Source: Macrostomum lignano | Lineage: Eukaryota | Reading direction: 5' to 3' | Assembly (NCBI GenBank): GCA_002269645.1 | Contig: NIVC01001482.1 | Span: 186,001 to 250,000 of the forward strand | DNA length: 64,000 nt | Shown here: positions 1 to 11,613 of the stretch, piece after piece | Layout: the number at the start of each line of letters is the position of its first letter | Position numbering within the stretch: position 1 is the stretch's first letter | Position numbers and translations under genes: made by a program | The notes under the pieces: model-generated | What the model saw: the letters and a program-made list of their open reading frames with translations, nothing else | Databases searched by the model: none | What the model was told of the DNA's origin: nothing

Positions 1-266
1 ACAGCAGCGCAGACAGGTGACAGCTCAGTCTCGTCGAATTTCTGCCTGTCGGTTTCTTCTGAGCGATGCTGTCGCTTCTTCTGCTGTTGCTGCAACTGCG
101 GAGCTTTGATCCGAACTGCGCCGAAATTTCTAGGCGCAGCTCGTTCGTGTCGGTCGTGCAGTTCAGCCTGGGTGGCTCGATGAGCGTCCAGATCTGTGAC
201 TGTCCAGTCCCAGGGCTTGGCTGCCGCGGCTGGGGCCTTGGCTGCTACTGACTGCGGCTTGACTGG
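1..266 (-). CDS. SPICE1: Exon of a SPICE1/CCDC52-like (spindle and centriole-associated protein) gene, continuing beyond the left edge
   Basis: Open minus-strand frame after acceptor ctgacacttcag (AG at 268-267) reads PVKPQSVAAKAPAAAAKPWDWTVTDLDAHRATQAELHDRHERAAPRN..., resembling the remembered SPICE1 N-terminal motif [24 protein letters not shown]. Upstream coding exon/start not located. Confidence 0.6.
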
Positions 267-296
267 CTGAAGTGTCAGTTTTATGCTCTTCACATA

Positions 297-582
297 CATA
301 CATGCGCAACCTCCAAAATTCGGTTGGCCATACGACTTAGTTTTAACAAAAATGCGACGTAGTTTTTGGCCAAAAATGCGACACATGTAAAAAACCCTAA
401 AGCAAAATTAACGCAACTTTGGGTAAACGGCAGGAGTAACTATGACTGTCTTATTAAGTCAAAATGCCTCGTCAGCTACTTAGTACTACTACTTTGGTAT
501 TTTTTTGGGTGGGCATTTTTGCGACTTCCTTGGTTGGCCGCCAAATCGGTCGGCCGCATCGGCCGACTGTTGGGCATGTATG
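297..582. mobile_element. hAT-type MITE, copy 1 (carries 28S rRNA-like fragment)
   Basis: TIR CATACATGCGCAAC (297-310) versus reverse complement of 569-582 CATACATGCCCAAC; perfect 8-bp TSD TTCACATA at 289-296 and 583-590; second copy at 16600-16877. Confidence 0.9.
421..485 (+). other. 28S rRNA-derived fragment (helix 69-71 region, R2/I-PpoI target) inside the MITE; not a functional rRNA gene
   Basis: GGGTAAACGGCAGGAGTAACTATGACTGTCTTA-ttaagtca-AAATGCCTCGTCAGCTACTTAGT versus remembered eukaryotic 28S GGGTAAACGGCGGGAGTAACTATGACTCTCTTA-AGGTAGCC-AAATGCCTCGTCATCTAATTAGT: 31/33 and 21/23 matches either side of a scrambled 8-nt core. Confidence 0.8.
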
Positions 583-1289
583 TTCACATAGCACTGAGGC
601 CATTCTGATAATTCCATTGATTCCTGAGCACATACAAACATGCCAATACTATACAAAGACATGTACTCATACACAGACTCACATAGGGTGCACAGCCATC
701 CTGACTTTCTAATTGCCAGGCATGTACACTCTCCGTGCCTTGGGGGGTTTGCCTTCTAGAATATAAATTGCAAATAAACCTATAAAATCCAAATTAATAT
801 ATATGTATAGATATGAACATGAACTAGACTCTACAGGTTACAATGCAAGAGTTGGACATTTGCCAGTAGTAATCAGTCTAATTTCTATTATACCACTTAT
901 TAGGTTTAATAGACATACAAAGCAGACATAAATAAAGGGATTTTTTTATTATTTTGCTTCATTATAGCCAATGCATTTTTTATAGATAACAATCTAGTGC
1001 AATTTAAAATTGGTTAGGGCCTAAAACATTGGCATATCAATATTCAAGTATCTTTATTTCTTTTTATTGGTACATTTTTGTATTTTTTAATAACAATGCT
1101 GCCAAATTTAATATTATGATGGCAAATTTAGGTTTTATCCAAAATTTACTAAAAATAGCTTGCTAATTATTATTTCTATAAGTGAAAAAAAGATAAAAAC
1201 AATTGAAATTTATATATCAACAATGGTATAGCCAGGAATTTCAATTGGGGGGGGGGGCAGGTTGGCCTGGCTAGCCATGCCTTATGCCA

Positions 1290-2600
1290 TTGCCACTTTT
1301 GGCACCACAAGCACTCATTTTAGTGTTGCAGGCACTCATTTTAGTGCTGCAGGCAACTCATTTTAGTGCCACAGGCACTCATTTTGGCACCACAAGCACT
1401 CATTTTGGCACTGCAGGCACTCATTTTAGCGTTGCAAGCACTCATTTTGCAACCGTAGGCACTCATTTTGGCGCTGCAGGCACTCATTTTAGTGTTGCAG
1501 GCACTCATTTTAGTGCTGCAGGCAACTCATTTTAGTGCCACAGGCACTCATTTTGGCACCACAAGCACTCATTTTGGCACTGCAGGCACTCATTTTAGCG
1601 TTGCAAGCACTCATTTTGCAACCATAGGCACTCATTTTGGCGCTGCAGGCACTCATTTTAGTGTTGCAGGCACTCATTTTAGTGCTGCAGGCAACTCATT
1701 TTAGTGCCACAGGCACTCATTTTGGCACCACAAGCACTCATTTTGGCACTGCAGGCACTCATTTTAGCGTTGCAAGCACTCATTTTGCAACCGTAGGCAC
1801 TCATTTTGGCGCTGCAGGCACTCATTTTAGTGTTGCAGGCACTCATTTTAGTGCTGCAGGCAACTCATTTTAATGCCACAGGCACTCATTTTGGCACCAC
1901 AAGCACTCATTTTGGCACTGCAGGCACTCATTTTAGCGTTGCAAGCACTTATTTTGCAACCGTAGGCACTCATTTTGGCGCTGCAGGCACTCATTTTAGT
2001 GTTGCAGGCACTCATTTTAGTGCTGCAGGCAACTCATTTTAGTGCCACAGGCACTCATTTTGGCACCACAAGCACTCATTTTGGCACTGCAGGCACTCAT
2101 TTTAGCGTTGCAAGCACTCATTTTGCAACCGTAGGCACTCATTTTGGCGCTGCAGGCACTCATTTTAGTGTTGCAGGCACTCATTTTAGTGCTGCAGGCA
2201 ACTCATTTTAGTGCCACAGGCACTCATTTTGGCACCACAAGCACTCATTTTGGCACTGCAGGCACTCATTTTAGCGTTGCAAGCACTCATTTTGCAACCG
2301 TAGGCACTCATTTTGGCGCTGCAGGCACTCATTTTAGTGTTGCAGGCACTCATTTTAGTGCTGCAGGCAACTCATTTTAGTGCCACAGGCACTCATTTTG
2401 GCACCACAAGCACTCATTTTGGCACTGCAGGCACTCATTTTAGCGTTGCAAGCACTCATTTTGCAACCGTAGGCACTCATTTTGGCGCTGCAGGCACTCA
2501 TTTTAGTGTTGCAGGCACTCATTTTAGTGCTGCAGGCAACTCATTTTAGTGCCACAGGCACTCATTTTGGCACCACAAGCACTCATTTTGGCACTGCAAG
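1290..2600. repeat. 21-bp satellite organised as a 169-bp higher-order repeat (about 7.7 copies)
   Basis: Subunit GCACTCATTTT(A/G)G(T/C)GCTGCAG; identical ORFs recur at 1468, 1637, 1806, 1975, 2144, 2313 and 2482 (169-bp period). Confidence 0.95.
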
Positions 2601-2701
2601 CACTCAATTGCCTCCTGGTTTTTGGTATCTATTGTATGAATACCCAACCCCACCCCTAGGCGATTAGAGGGGGGGCCATGGCCCCCCCAGCCCCCCTGGC
2701 T

Positions 2702-4224
2702 GGCGCATGACCAAGATGGCCACACACTAAGATGGCCACAGCTCTGAATGGCTGCTTGGATAGGAATAGGTCTATATATTTCCTCATTTCCTATTGGCTG
2801 TGATTGGGGTGGGGTATGACCTAGCTTCAAGTCTCAGAGAAGACAGAAGGGTTGATAATAGTTCTCGCTGAGTTGTCGTCATGAAGACGAAGTGTTGCCT
2901 GTTTGTCTCAGGAACTGTCACATCCTGCAAATGAAACTGGGCAGGTACATGTCTAGGATAAACTTGGAAATGTACGTCAACAGGTTCCATAGGGCGATTT
3001 CTTTTTTGCGTCTGTAATTAGCATTGCGACTCAATGACTCAATACTAAGCACCTCCTGCACTTCAGGTGAAAATTCTCTTACTCTCTCCTCTGCGATAAT
3101 TCTAGCAGAGGTAAACAACATGCACTTTGCTCCCTCCTTTGCTGCCTTTCTCTTCTGAGCTGGCTGATCAACTGGATCGCATGTGTGCAGAGCAAGGGCT
3201 TCTATGTTTCCATCAGCACGGCGGACTGCGGAGCCATGACAGTGCAGTGATAAATGCTTAGTGCAGCAATAGTACATGTTGCCATTTTGCCGTGTTTTTT
3301 CATCTATCAGATGGCCAAGGTCTTGTTGGGCATACTGCACTAGAAGGTCTTTTCCGTGACTGCATCCTGCACCTGTAAGAACCTCAAAGGGCTGGGGAGA
3401 TGGGCTGCGGGGTGGTGCAAGCTCTGCTGGAGGAATTTGAATGGATTCTTCCAGAGCTGGATCAGGGTCATTGAAATCTGGATACTGGTAAAGAAAATTT
3501 TCTGCTTGTGCCGGAATCAAATGCACTGGTTCTGGATTTTCAGCAGGCAGAGGAACAGCCGCTGGTCTAGAATTCGGGGCTTGTACATCAGTACATGTAC
3601 CACTGCAGCATCTGCAGCTTGAGACACTGCTAAGTTACCTGTAGGAGCCTGTCTATTGTATTGATTGCAAAGCCAGAAAAACTCACTGACATTTCTCATT
3701 GCAGAATACTGATCAATTGTGATGCGACTATCACATGCACGGTGCTGCCAATTCAAGCATTGAGAACACTCAATTGCTTCTTGTCTATCGCAAACTGGCT
3801 GCAGACAGACTACACATGGATATGCACCTGCCATTTTTTATCTAGGTGCTTAGACTGCTATCAGTGAATGAGACATGAATTTTGAACAGGGCATGAAATT
3901 TACCTAGTTTTTATCCCTTTAAACAAGTAAATTAGTCTCGACCAATAAGAGAAATGGAAAAAAGCTACACCAGATTTTATATGAAGAAGAGATTTGTTTA
4001 ATACAAAATATGTTTACACCTCTTAGGGGCCTACTATAAGTAGGAAATTAAGACACGTAACCATTTTTGTCTTTAGCCCTGCAATATACTAATAAAATTT
4101 TGACTGCCAGTCTAAACCCCCCCATTGCAACCCTACATATCCCCACCCAAAGCTATCCAATAGTAAACCAGCTATCATTTTCCGTGACCCCCTATCCTAG
4201 CTGTGGCCATCTTGGTCTTACACC
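2702..4224 (-). mobile_element. Internally deleted Mutator (MULE)-like DNA transposon
   Basis: TIRs GGCGCATGACCAAGATGGCC versus GGTGTAAGACCAAGATGGCC (reverse complement of right end), with patchy similarity extending about 100 bp; degenerate 8-9 bp TSD (cctggct/cttggct); coding remnants inside. Confidence 0.75.
2840..3834 (-). pseudogene. PHD finger + FLYWCH-like finger + N-terminal part of MULE transposase, frameshifted and truncated
   Basis: 3517-3834: CVVC..CSQC..HRAC..WLCNQY (PHD, last Cys lost). 2918-3526: YYCCTKHLSLHCHG..HTC then LSRNANYRR. Frameshift near 2990 into PMEPVDVHF..VPAQF..RQHFVFMTTTQRELL, typical of the region just before the MULE catalytic Asp; DDE core absent. Confidence 0.7.
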
Positions 4225-6104
4225 TCTTGGCTATGCCATTGTATATCCAATGAAATATATGTATTTTTTCTATGAAATAAAAGTATTCCTAGGCCTGTTA
4301 TACAACAAATGGCAAAGTAACTAAAAGTTATAGGCATATGCTTTTGAAATTTTCCATTTTTAAAATATATATATGAATTTTGTTACAAAATGATTAATGT
4401 CAATGACTATTAGGACAATATTTAAAAATGTATAAGGCCTATACAAGAATATAAATTGTTTTGATGTTTTGTATATTTTGTTATGAAACAAAAAACAAAG
4501 AAAAAACACTATTTTTTTAGGCCTAATTTATATATTATAAATATATTGACTATTGTATATTGCATAGACTATGTTTAAAATTTGCTTAAGAAATGACCTT
4601 TTTATTTAAAATCTAATTTCTATTTCTGATCTAAATTAGATTTTGCTTATTAAACAGAATTTATATTATTTAAATATTTGAAATGTCATTTATATTATCT
4701 TATTTCTTTAATTTCAATTTCAGATTAGTCAAGCTTTAGGCTAGCCTATATAGGCCTATTATACTTGTTTTTAGATATTTTAATTCATTGGCATTACTAT
4801 TAAGACCATGAATAAGTCATAGGCCTGGGCCTTTTAGTCAAACAGTATTATTTTATCTAATAGAGAGATTTCATTTTTAGACGATTTTGCTTAGTTTTTA
4901 TGAAAACAAGACATGGCAAACAGGTCTACTAAATAAATAATTTAGCCTTTAATGTCAAGACAATAGCATTGATAGCAATAGCTAGGCCTGGTGACTTCCA
5001 AAGAAAAAGCACAAAAAGACAAATTTATATTTTCCAGAGCCCATGAAATTAAGTTTTTAATAAAATAAAATCCTAGACCCACTAGAAACAACTCTCAAAC
5101 TGCTTCACATTTCCATTTTATAAGTTACAGTTTTATGCTATATTATAATTTGCATAGGCCCACAATACAATACATGCATGCAAAATTCGTGGATAACTAT
5201 ATTATAACGGTTTGACAATTCTGTAATTCAAATCTACTCGTAGTTTACTTATTTAAAATTTAGTCAAGATACTATTCCTTAGCTGTTATAATTATGTGCG
5301 GAATTCATTCTAGGCTTTTAATAATCGATTTTTTTGTTTAATTGGATCTCTTTTACAAGAAATTCGACTCCTTAAGTCTTAATTTCTGTAAGACAAGAAA
5401 GAGTATGGCAGCCGAGCCTTGGACGAGCCTTTCAAATGTCAATCAAATTAACATTTGAAAACCGCAGCACGTTGTGATAAATAATCAGAGCAGATCAGTT
5501 TACGCATTTCATAGTAAGACAGGACGATTTCTAAATAAATCGTCCAGGCCTGACAGGCGTAGCTGCTCAACATATGCTACTAATAGTAGCGCACCTAGTC
5601 TCCTTCGCCTTCGCTAAGTGAATCTAAAGCTTACCGGACTCGCTACACTATTTAAATTTCAACCAACCACTCAGTGCAAAAATTAAATATTATGTGTTCT
5701 TCGAGAAAATTATAATGCCAAAAATGACACCTACACATGTTTTTAGGCCTCTGCTGCCAAAAAATTAATGTATTTTCATAATAGAGTAAAGATGAGATCA
5801 TTGGCGTGTAGTATGTGTATATGTGTTTTATATTTAGATCAAATCGTTTCACAGACCGCAATAGGTACTATCGAGTGTACTGTGCGGAGGCCATAATTTC
5901 ATTCGAAAGTGGAACAATTATCGTGGACATAAAATTTATAAACTAATGTACATAGTTTATAGTATACGTGTATATGTCCTTATTGTTCAATTATCAAATC
6001 TTACTAAGTCTGCAATAAGCAGCAACAAATAAATTCATAAACTACAAAGTACAGTATGTGCTGTTCTGGTTTCTTCTCTCAGCTATAATAACATGCTTTA
6101 GCAA

Positions 6105-7615
6105 CTTTGATCTCTCTCACACAGCTGAGCAGTTAGACTCTCACACAGCTGAGCAGTTAAACTCTCTCACAGCTTTGCAGTTAGACTCTCACAGCTGAGC
6201 AGTTAGACTCTCACACAGCTGAGCAGTTAGACTCTCACACAGCTGAGCAGTTAGACTCTCACACAGCTGAGCAGTTAGACTCTCACACAGCTGAGCAGTT
6301 AGACTCTCTCACAGCTGAGCAGTTAGACTCTCACACAGCTGAGCAGTTAGACTCTCACACAGCTGAGCAGTTAGACTCTCACACAGCTGAGCAGTTAGAC
6401 TCTCACACAGCTGAGCAGTTAGACTCTCACACAGCTGAGAAGTTAGACTCTCTCACAGCTTTGCAGTTAGACTCTCACACAGCTGAGCAGTTAGACTCTC
6501 TCACAGCTTTGCAGTTAGACTCTCACACAGCTTTGCAGTTAGACTCTCACACAGCTGAGCAGTTAGACTCTCACACAGCTGAGCAGTTAGACTCTCACAC
6601 AGCTGAGCAGTTAGACTCTCACACAGCTGAGCAGTTAGACTCTCACACAGCTGAGCAGTTAGACTCTCACACAGCTGAGCAGTTAGACTCTCACACAGCT
6701 GAGCAGTTAGACTCTCTCACAGCTGAGCAGTTAGACTCTCTCACAGCTGAGCAGTTAGACTCTCACAGCTGAGCAGTTAGACTCACAGCTGAGCAGTTAG
6801 ACTCACAGCTGAGCAGTTAGACTCACAGCTGAGCAGTTAGACTCTCACACAGCTGAGCAGTTAGACTCTCACACAGTTGAGCAGTTAGACTCTCACACAG
6901 CTGAGCAGTTAGACTCTCACACAGCTGAGCAGTTAGACTCTCACACAGCTGAGCAGTTAGACTCTCACACAGCTGAGAAGTTAGACTCTCTCACAGCTTT
7001 GCAGTTAGACTCTCACACAGCTTTGCAGTTAGACTCTCACACAGCTGAGCAGTTAGACTCTCACACAGCTTTGCAGTTAGACTCTCACACAGCTTTGCAG
7101 TTAGACTCTCACACAGCTGAGCAGTTAGACTCTCACACAGCTGAGCAGTTAGACTCTCACACAGCTGAGCAGTTAGACTCTCACACAGCTGAGCAGTTAG
7201 ACTCTCACACAGCTGAGCAGTTAGACTCTCACACAGCTGAGCAGTTAGACTCTCTCACAGCTGAGCAGTTAGACTCTCTCACAGCTGAGCAGTTAGACTC
7301 TCACAGCTGAGCAGTTAGACTCACAGCTGAGCAGTTAGACTCACAGCTGAGCAGTTAGACTCACAGCTGAGCAGTTAGACTCTCACAAAGCTGAGCAGTT
7401 AGACTCTCACACAGTTGAGCAGTTAGACTCTCACACAGCTGAGCAGTTAGACTCTCACACAGCTGAGCAGTTAGACTCTCACACAGTTGAGCAGTTAGAC
7501 TCTCACACAGCTGAGCAGTTAGACTCTCACACAGCTGAGCAGTTAGACTCTCACACAGCTGAGCAGTTAGACTCTCTCACAGCTTTGCAGTTAGACTCTC
7601 ACACAGCTTTGCAGT
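6105..7615. repeat. 24-bp minisatellite (with 20/22-bp variants and an internal ~538-bp duplication)
   Basis: Unit ACAGCTGAGCAGTTAGACTCTCAC; variant pattern repeats at 6461 and 6999. Confidence 0.95.
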
Positions 7616-8697
7616 TAGGGTTTATTTATTTATTTATTTAGAAACCGATATAAAGTCTCTATCAATCAACTATAGTTGCGGGCAACTATATGAATTTACG
7701 GTATGCCCTCAACAATTTTACCAGCAGTATCTGTAAGTATTCTTTCATATGATTGACAATTGTGCTTTGAAGGGCAGGGCAGAAAAATGGTATCATATTT
7801 TACATGTAGACTCATTCAAATGAAGATTTTGTTCAATACGTTGTGAATACGCCCGCCCCCTGTCGCTGCCATGCCATAAAAAACTGCACGCAGCACCTGC
7901 AGTGGTCTCTGTGCCCCCCCCCCCTGAGCCCCTGCACTTGAATTGCAGCTGTACTGGAATTTCCAAGCTATATGTTTTAAACTCAAAACAAATTCTGAAT
8001 TCGCATAATAAAAGAGGTTAGTGGGGGTTAGGGGTGGGCTTCGGTATGCGACTAAGCGTGCTGCATAGGGCCACTGCATGGGGTGTTGGAGGGGCGGTTC
8101 GTAGCTTAGCAACTATCGATTAGCCTAAAGCTCCAATTGAGTGAGAGAGTTAGTTGATAGCAGCGTGAGAAAGAGGGGGGGGGCACAGGGCGCATTTTTC
8201 TGCTTTGAAAAACTGGATCTTCTAATTTTGGAAAGCTAATCATCACGCGGAGCTATGTACAGTACAATAGTAGTTACAGTCTGCCGGGGTGAGGGGTTGG
8301 CTAATTCTACTGCGGGCAGCTGCAGGTCTGTGTTCAAGGATTTCTAGCTCAGACTATTAGAGAGGCAGAGAGAATTTCGGTCTGGGACGGACGGCCGTCT
8401 CAGCGATCGCGCGCCCTGGCGTGCACACGGCACAGAGGAGAGAAGGGGCTATGTGGCTGAGCTAAGCCTGCCGCTATCTCCCCCCGGAGGGGGGCAGGGC
8501 TTGCTAGTCTTAATACAACATTTCTGCGCGTATATGGGCGGTGGGGGGGGGGTGTTTTTTCAATGCGGCAGCAGCAGCTGCGCCTGTAGTGGTATGCCTG
8601 TGCGCACATTCTATACTCTAGCCTGCAGTCTGCACCCCCCTCCCCTTGCAGTGGTCCGTGGGCGTTGTTAACAATATGCAGTCCGCGCTTTACACAC

Positions 8698-8816
8698 TAT
8701 AAAACAGCCCCAAACCGCTCTAACGACGGCGTCTGTCTCTCTAGCTCTTTCTATCAACATAAAGATTTCTGCCTTTCTGGCGACTCATAACGATACTTGA
8801 TGGCTTGAAGGTGAGA
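8698..8816 (+). promoter_or_regulatory. Putative TATA promoter and short non-coding first exon
   Basis: TATAAAA at 8698-8704 downstream of a GC-rich block, and donor AAG|GTGAGA at 8811; downstream partner exon unknown. Confidence 0.35.
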
Positions 8817-9281
8817 TTTCGAATAATTATATAGCTTTGAACTAGTTAGTAAATACCCATCGGTCTACAAAGATTGCAATTGCTTCGTACCAGGTACTGC
8901 GTTTGTACTGTTTAAAAAGCTGATCATTAGCACTTTTTTGGCAAAATCAGCCTTGCTAAAGCAGTCTAACTATATAAATGCATGATCTGGTATGCAAGAC
9001 GCGATCTGTATTCAACCACTTCCTTCCAAAAGTACATGTCATTTTTCTTTTTGAAACCGCAACTTGTTATTACACTATGCTATACCATATCCATATACGG
9101 AAGTGTGACAAAATTCAAATTTTACTAATAAATATACTGATAATTTGCCCAGGCAGCACATTCAGTTTGGCATAAGTTTACTTACACAAGATTTGAAGTG
9201 TTTTTGGTGCAGACTCTTTTCTTCCTAAAATATGATTTCACACTACAGCTATTTCAGCCACTGCCTTCGCCCCCATTCTCA

Positions 9282-9662
9282 TCGCCCCCTCTCTATGCCC
9301 TCCATCTCTATGCTCTCCCTCTCTATGCCCTCCCTCTCTATGCTCTCCCTCTCTATGCCCTCACTCTCTATGCTCTCCCTCTCTATGCTCTCCCTCTCTA
9401 TGCCCTCCATCTCTATGCCCTCCCTCTCTATGCTCTCCCTCTCTATGCCCTCCATCTCTATGCTCTCCCTCTCTATGCTCTCCCTCTCTATGCCCTCTCT
9501 CTCTATGCTCTCTCTCTCTATGCCCTACCTCTCTATGCCCTCCCTCTCTATGCCCTCCCTCTCTATGCCCTCCCTCTCTATGCCCTCCCTCTCTATGCCC
9601 TCCCTCTCTATGCTCTCCCTCTCTATGCCCTCCCTCTCTATGCCCTCCCTCTCTATGCCTCT
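9282..9662. repeat. 15-bp pyrimidine-rich minisatellite
   Basis: Unit CCCTCTCTATGC(C/T)CT. Confidence 0.95.
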
Positions 9663-10074
9663 CTCCAACAGCCGTGTCTGACTCCCGGTGATCTATGTGA
9701 CAAATGCAGACACAGTACACTCACACCCTCGATTGCAATCTTCATTCTCTTCTATTGCAAGCAGCCGCAGCTTCCATATTAGGCAATCTGAGGCGTATTA
9801 GTTAAATAGCATCCAACCGAAGCCAAGTTCTTTTAAAACTGAATTGCATTGCCGGAAATGGCGAATATTTACGGAAAAATGGCTGGCCGGAAATATACAA
9901 ACAAATTTGCATATTTCATTTCTTTATCAATTCATTTCCATCTCTTAATTGTATAAGTGTATAGCTAGCAAGCACCACTAAGCCCTTGGTAACTAGCAGG
10001 CGCCATCATCAGTATGCAACATTCTTGCAGGCCACACACATTTCTATAAGAATTATTCTGCGTTAACTCAGCCT

Positions 10075-10645
10075 GTCTCCAGTCATTCATTCCAGTCTGT
10101 CTGTATGTCTGTCCCCAATATCCACTCCTGTCTGTCTCCATTATCTACTCCTGTCTGTCCCCATTATCCACTCCTGTCTGTCCCCATTATCCTTTCCTGT
10201 CTGTCCCCATTATCCACTCCTGTCTGTCCCCATTATCCCCTCCTGTCTGTCCCCATTATCCTCTCCTGTCTGTCCCCATTATCCACTCCTGTCTATCCCC
10301 ATTATCCACTCTTCTCCGTCCCCATTATCCTTTCCTGTCTGTCCCCATTATCCACTCCTGTCTGTCCCCATTATCCACTCCTGTCTGTCCCCATTATCCA
10401 CTCCTGTCTGTCCCCATTATCCACTCCTGTCTGTCTCCATTATCCACTCCTGTCTGTCTCCATTATCCACTTCTGTCTGTCCCCAATATCCACTCTTCTC
10501 TGTCCCATTATCCAATCCTGTCTGTCCCCATTATCCACTCCTGTCTGTCCCCATTATCCACTCCTGTCTGTCCCCATTATCCACTCTTGTCTGTTTCCAT
10601 TATCCACTCCTTTCTGTCCCCATTATCCATTCCTGTCTGTCTCCT
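10075..10645. repeat. 23-bp minisatellite
   Basis: Unit CCCCATTATCCACTCCTGTCTGT. Confidence 0.95.
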
Positions 10646-10854
10646 GACACGAAGATGGTGTCAGAAGCGCTAAGGATGAAGTCAGCAACACAGGCTATCT
10701 AGCATGTAGATATTTTTTATGCAAATTATTAATAAACAACCATAAGCTGAGACTAACTCTAATATAATTACATATTGAAAGCAATCAAAGCAGAGATTTC
10801 CCGACAGTCGCAAAAAGCACTTCGAACGGCACCGCTAGGGTGCAGAGGCCGGGT

Positions 10855-11176
10855 CGCCAATAAAGCAAAGTCCGGATATGAAAGTATTCCAACATCGAAC
10901 TGTAAGGCTCAGGGTAGCTTAAAATTGTTTTCAAACTGCATTCTCAATGATCTGCGCACATGAAGTTAAAAATGGCGGAAGCAATGGCTTGAGAAGGTTC
11001 GCATCAGACAGGAACCGACAAAAATCGAGAGACTTCCCTTGTCGAAAAATGGGATAAATAAGACCGGTCTCAGAGCTGAAACAGACTGCAGTTTACATCG
11101 AGCTCAATCAGCTTTAAGCTTCTGAAAGGACAACAATAACTTTTATTAAAGAGTCGAACTCAGCGTCGAGGTAAGC
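10855..11176 (+). promoter_or_regulatory. Probable housekeeping promoter and non-coding exon 1 of the CK1-alpha gene
   Basis: CCAAT box near 10857, YY1-like AAAATGGCGG near 10969, strong donor GAG|GTAAGC at 11171; candidate acceptor TGCCTAG at 15571 just upstream of the CK1 ATG. Linkage is inferred. Confidence 0.5.
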
Positions 11177-11613
11177 TGCTTTGTCTGTTGTCTCTGTCTT
11201 GGAATAATTTATTAGTTACTTAAGAATTATTTTAGTATATTAGACTAGCAATCTGCGTCCCCCGTTTGGGAGGCAACAGAGAAAGGTATAAAATTTTTGA
11301 ACTACTTACTGCATGTAGAAAGTAGATTGTGAACCTTAGGCAATGTGAAGGAGGCTGTATTTTGGTTTTTGGCGTTGTGAAATTTACGCGATATGAAACT
11401 TAGGCCATTTAGGCAATCCCCTATGAGTATTACAATTCTCCCCAAGAGTCAAAGCATTTTTGCGATCCCCCCCCCCGGAATCCTTGACTTCTTACCTTGA
11501 CTTACCTTAATCCTTGACTTCTTGCTTTGACTTCTCCAGCAATTCCCTAAAGAATTTTTGCCCCCGAAGCCTCGCGCTCATATTTTCCCGCAAAAAATTT
11601 CTCACCGCAGAAG

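Larger units (their letters stand above)
1221..4241. mobile_element. Satellite-carrying MITE (hAT-like, 8-bp TSD) interrupted in its right TIR by a Mutator-like element
   Basis: Left end CAATGGTATAGCCAGG, right end reverse complement CAATGGCATAGCCAAG; flanks TATATCAA (1213-1220) and TATATCCA (4242-4249); subterminal poly-G and poly-C tracts. Confidence 0.75.

Noticed and set aside
421-485. Functional 28S rRNA gene
   Set aside because: Only about 65 nt match, embedded in a MITE, with the conserved core altered.
1284-2667. Array of identical 78-aa ORFs, superficially CRISPR-like or a peptide gene array
   Set aside because: A 169-bp satellite period with no unique spacers, in a eukaryotic MITE context; no cas genes.
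9198-10647. LYALP, SMPSL and PHYPLLSV repeat ORFs
   Set aside because: 15-bp and 23-bp minisatellites. Unlike the CAP genes, they have no conserved non-repeat flanks, paralogs or splice support.
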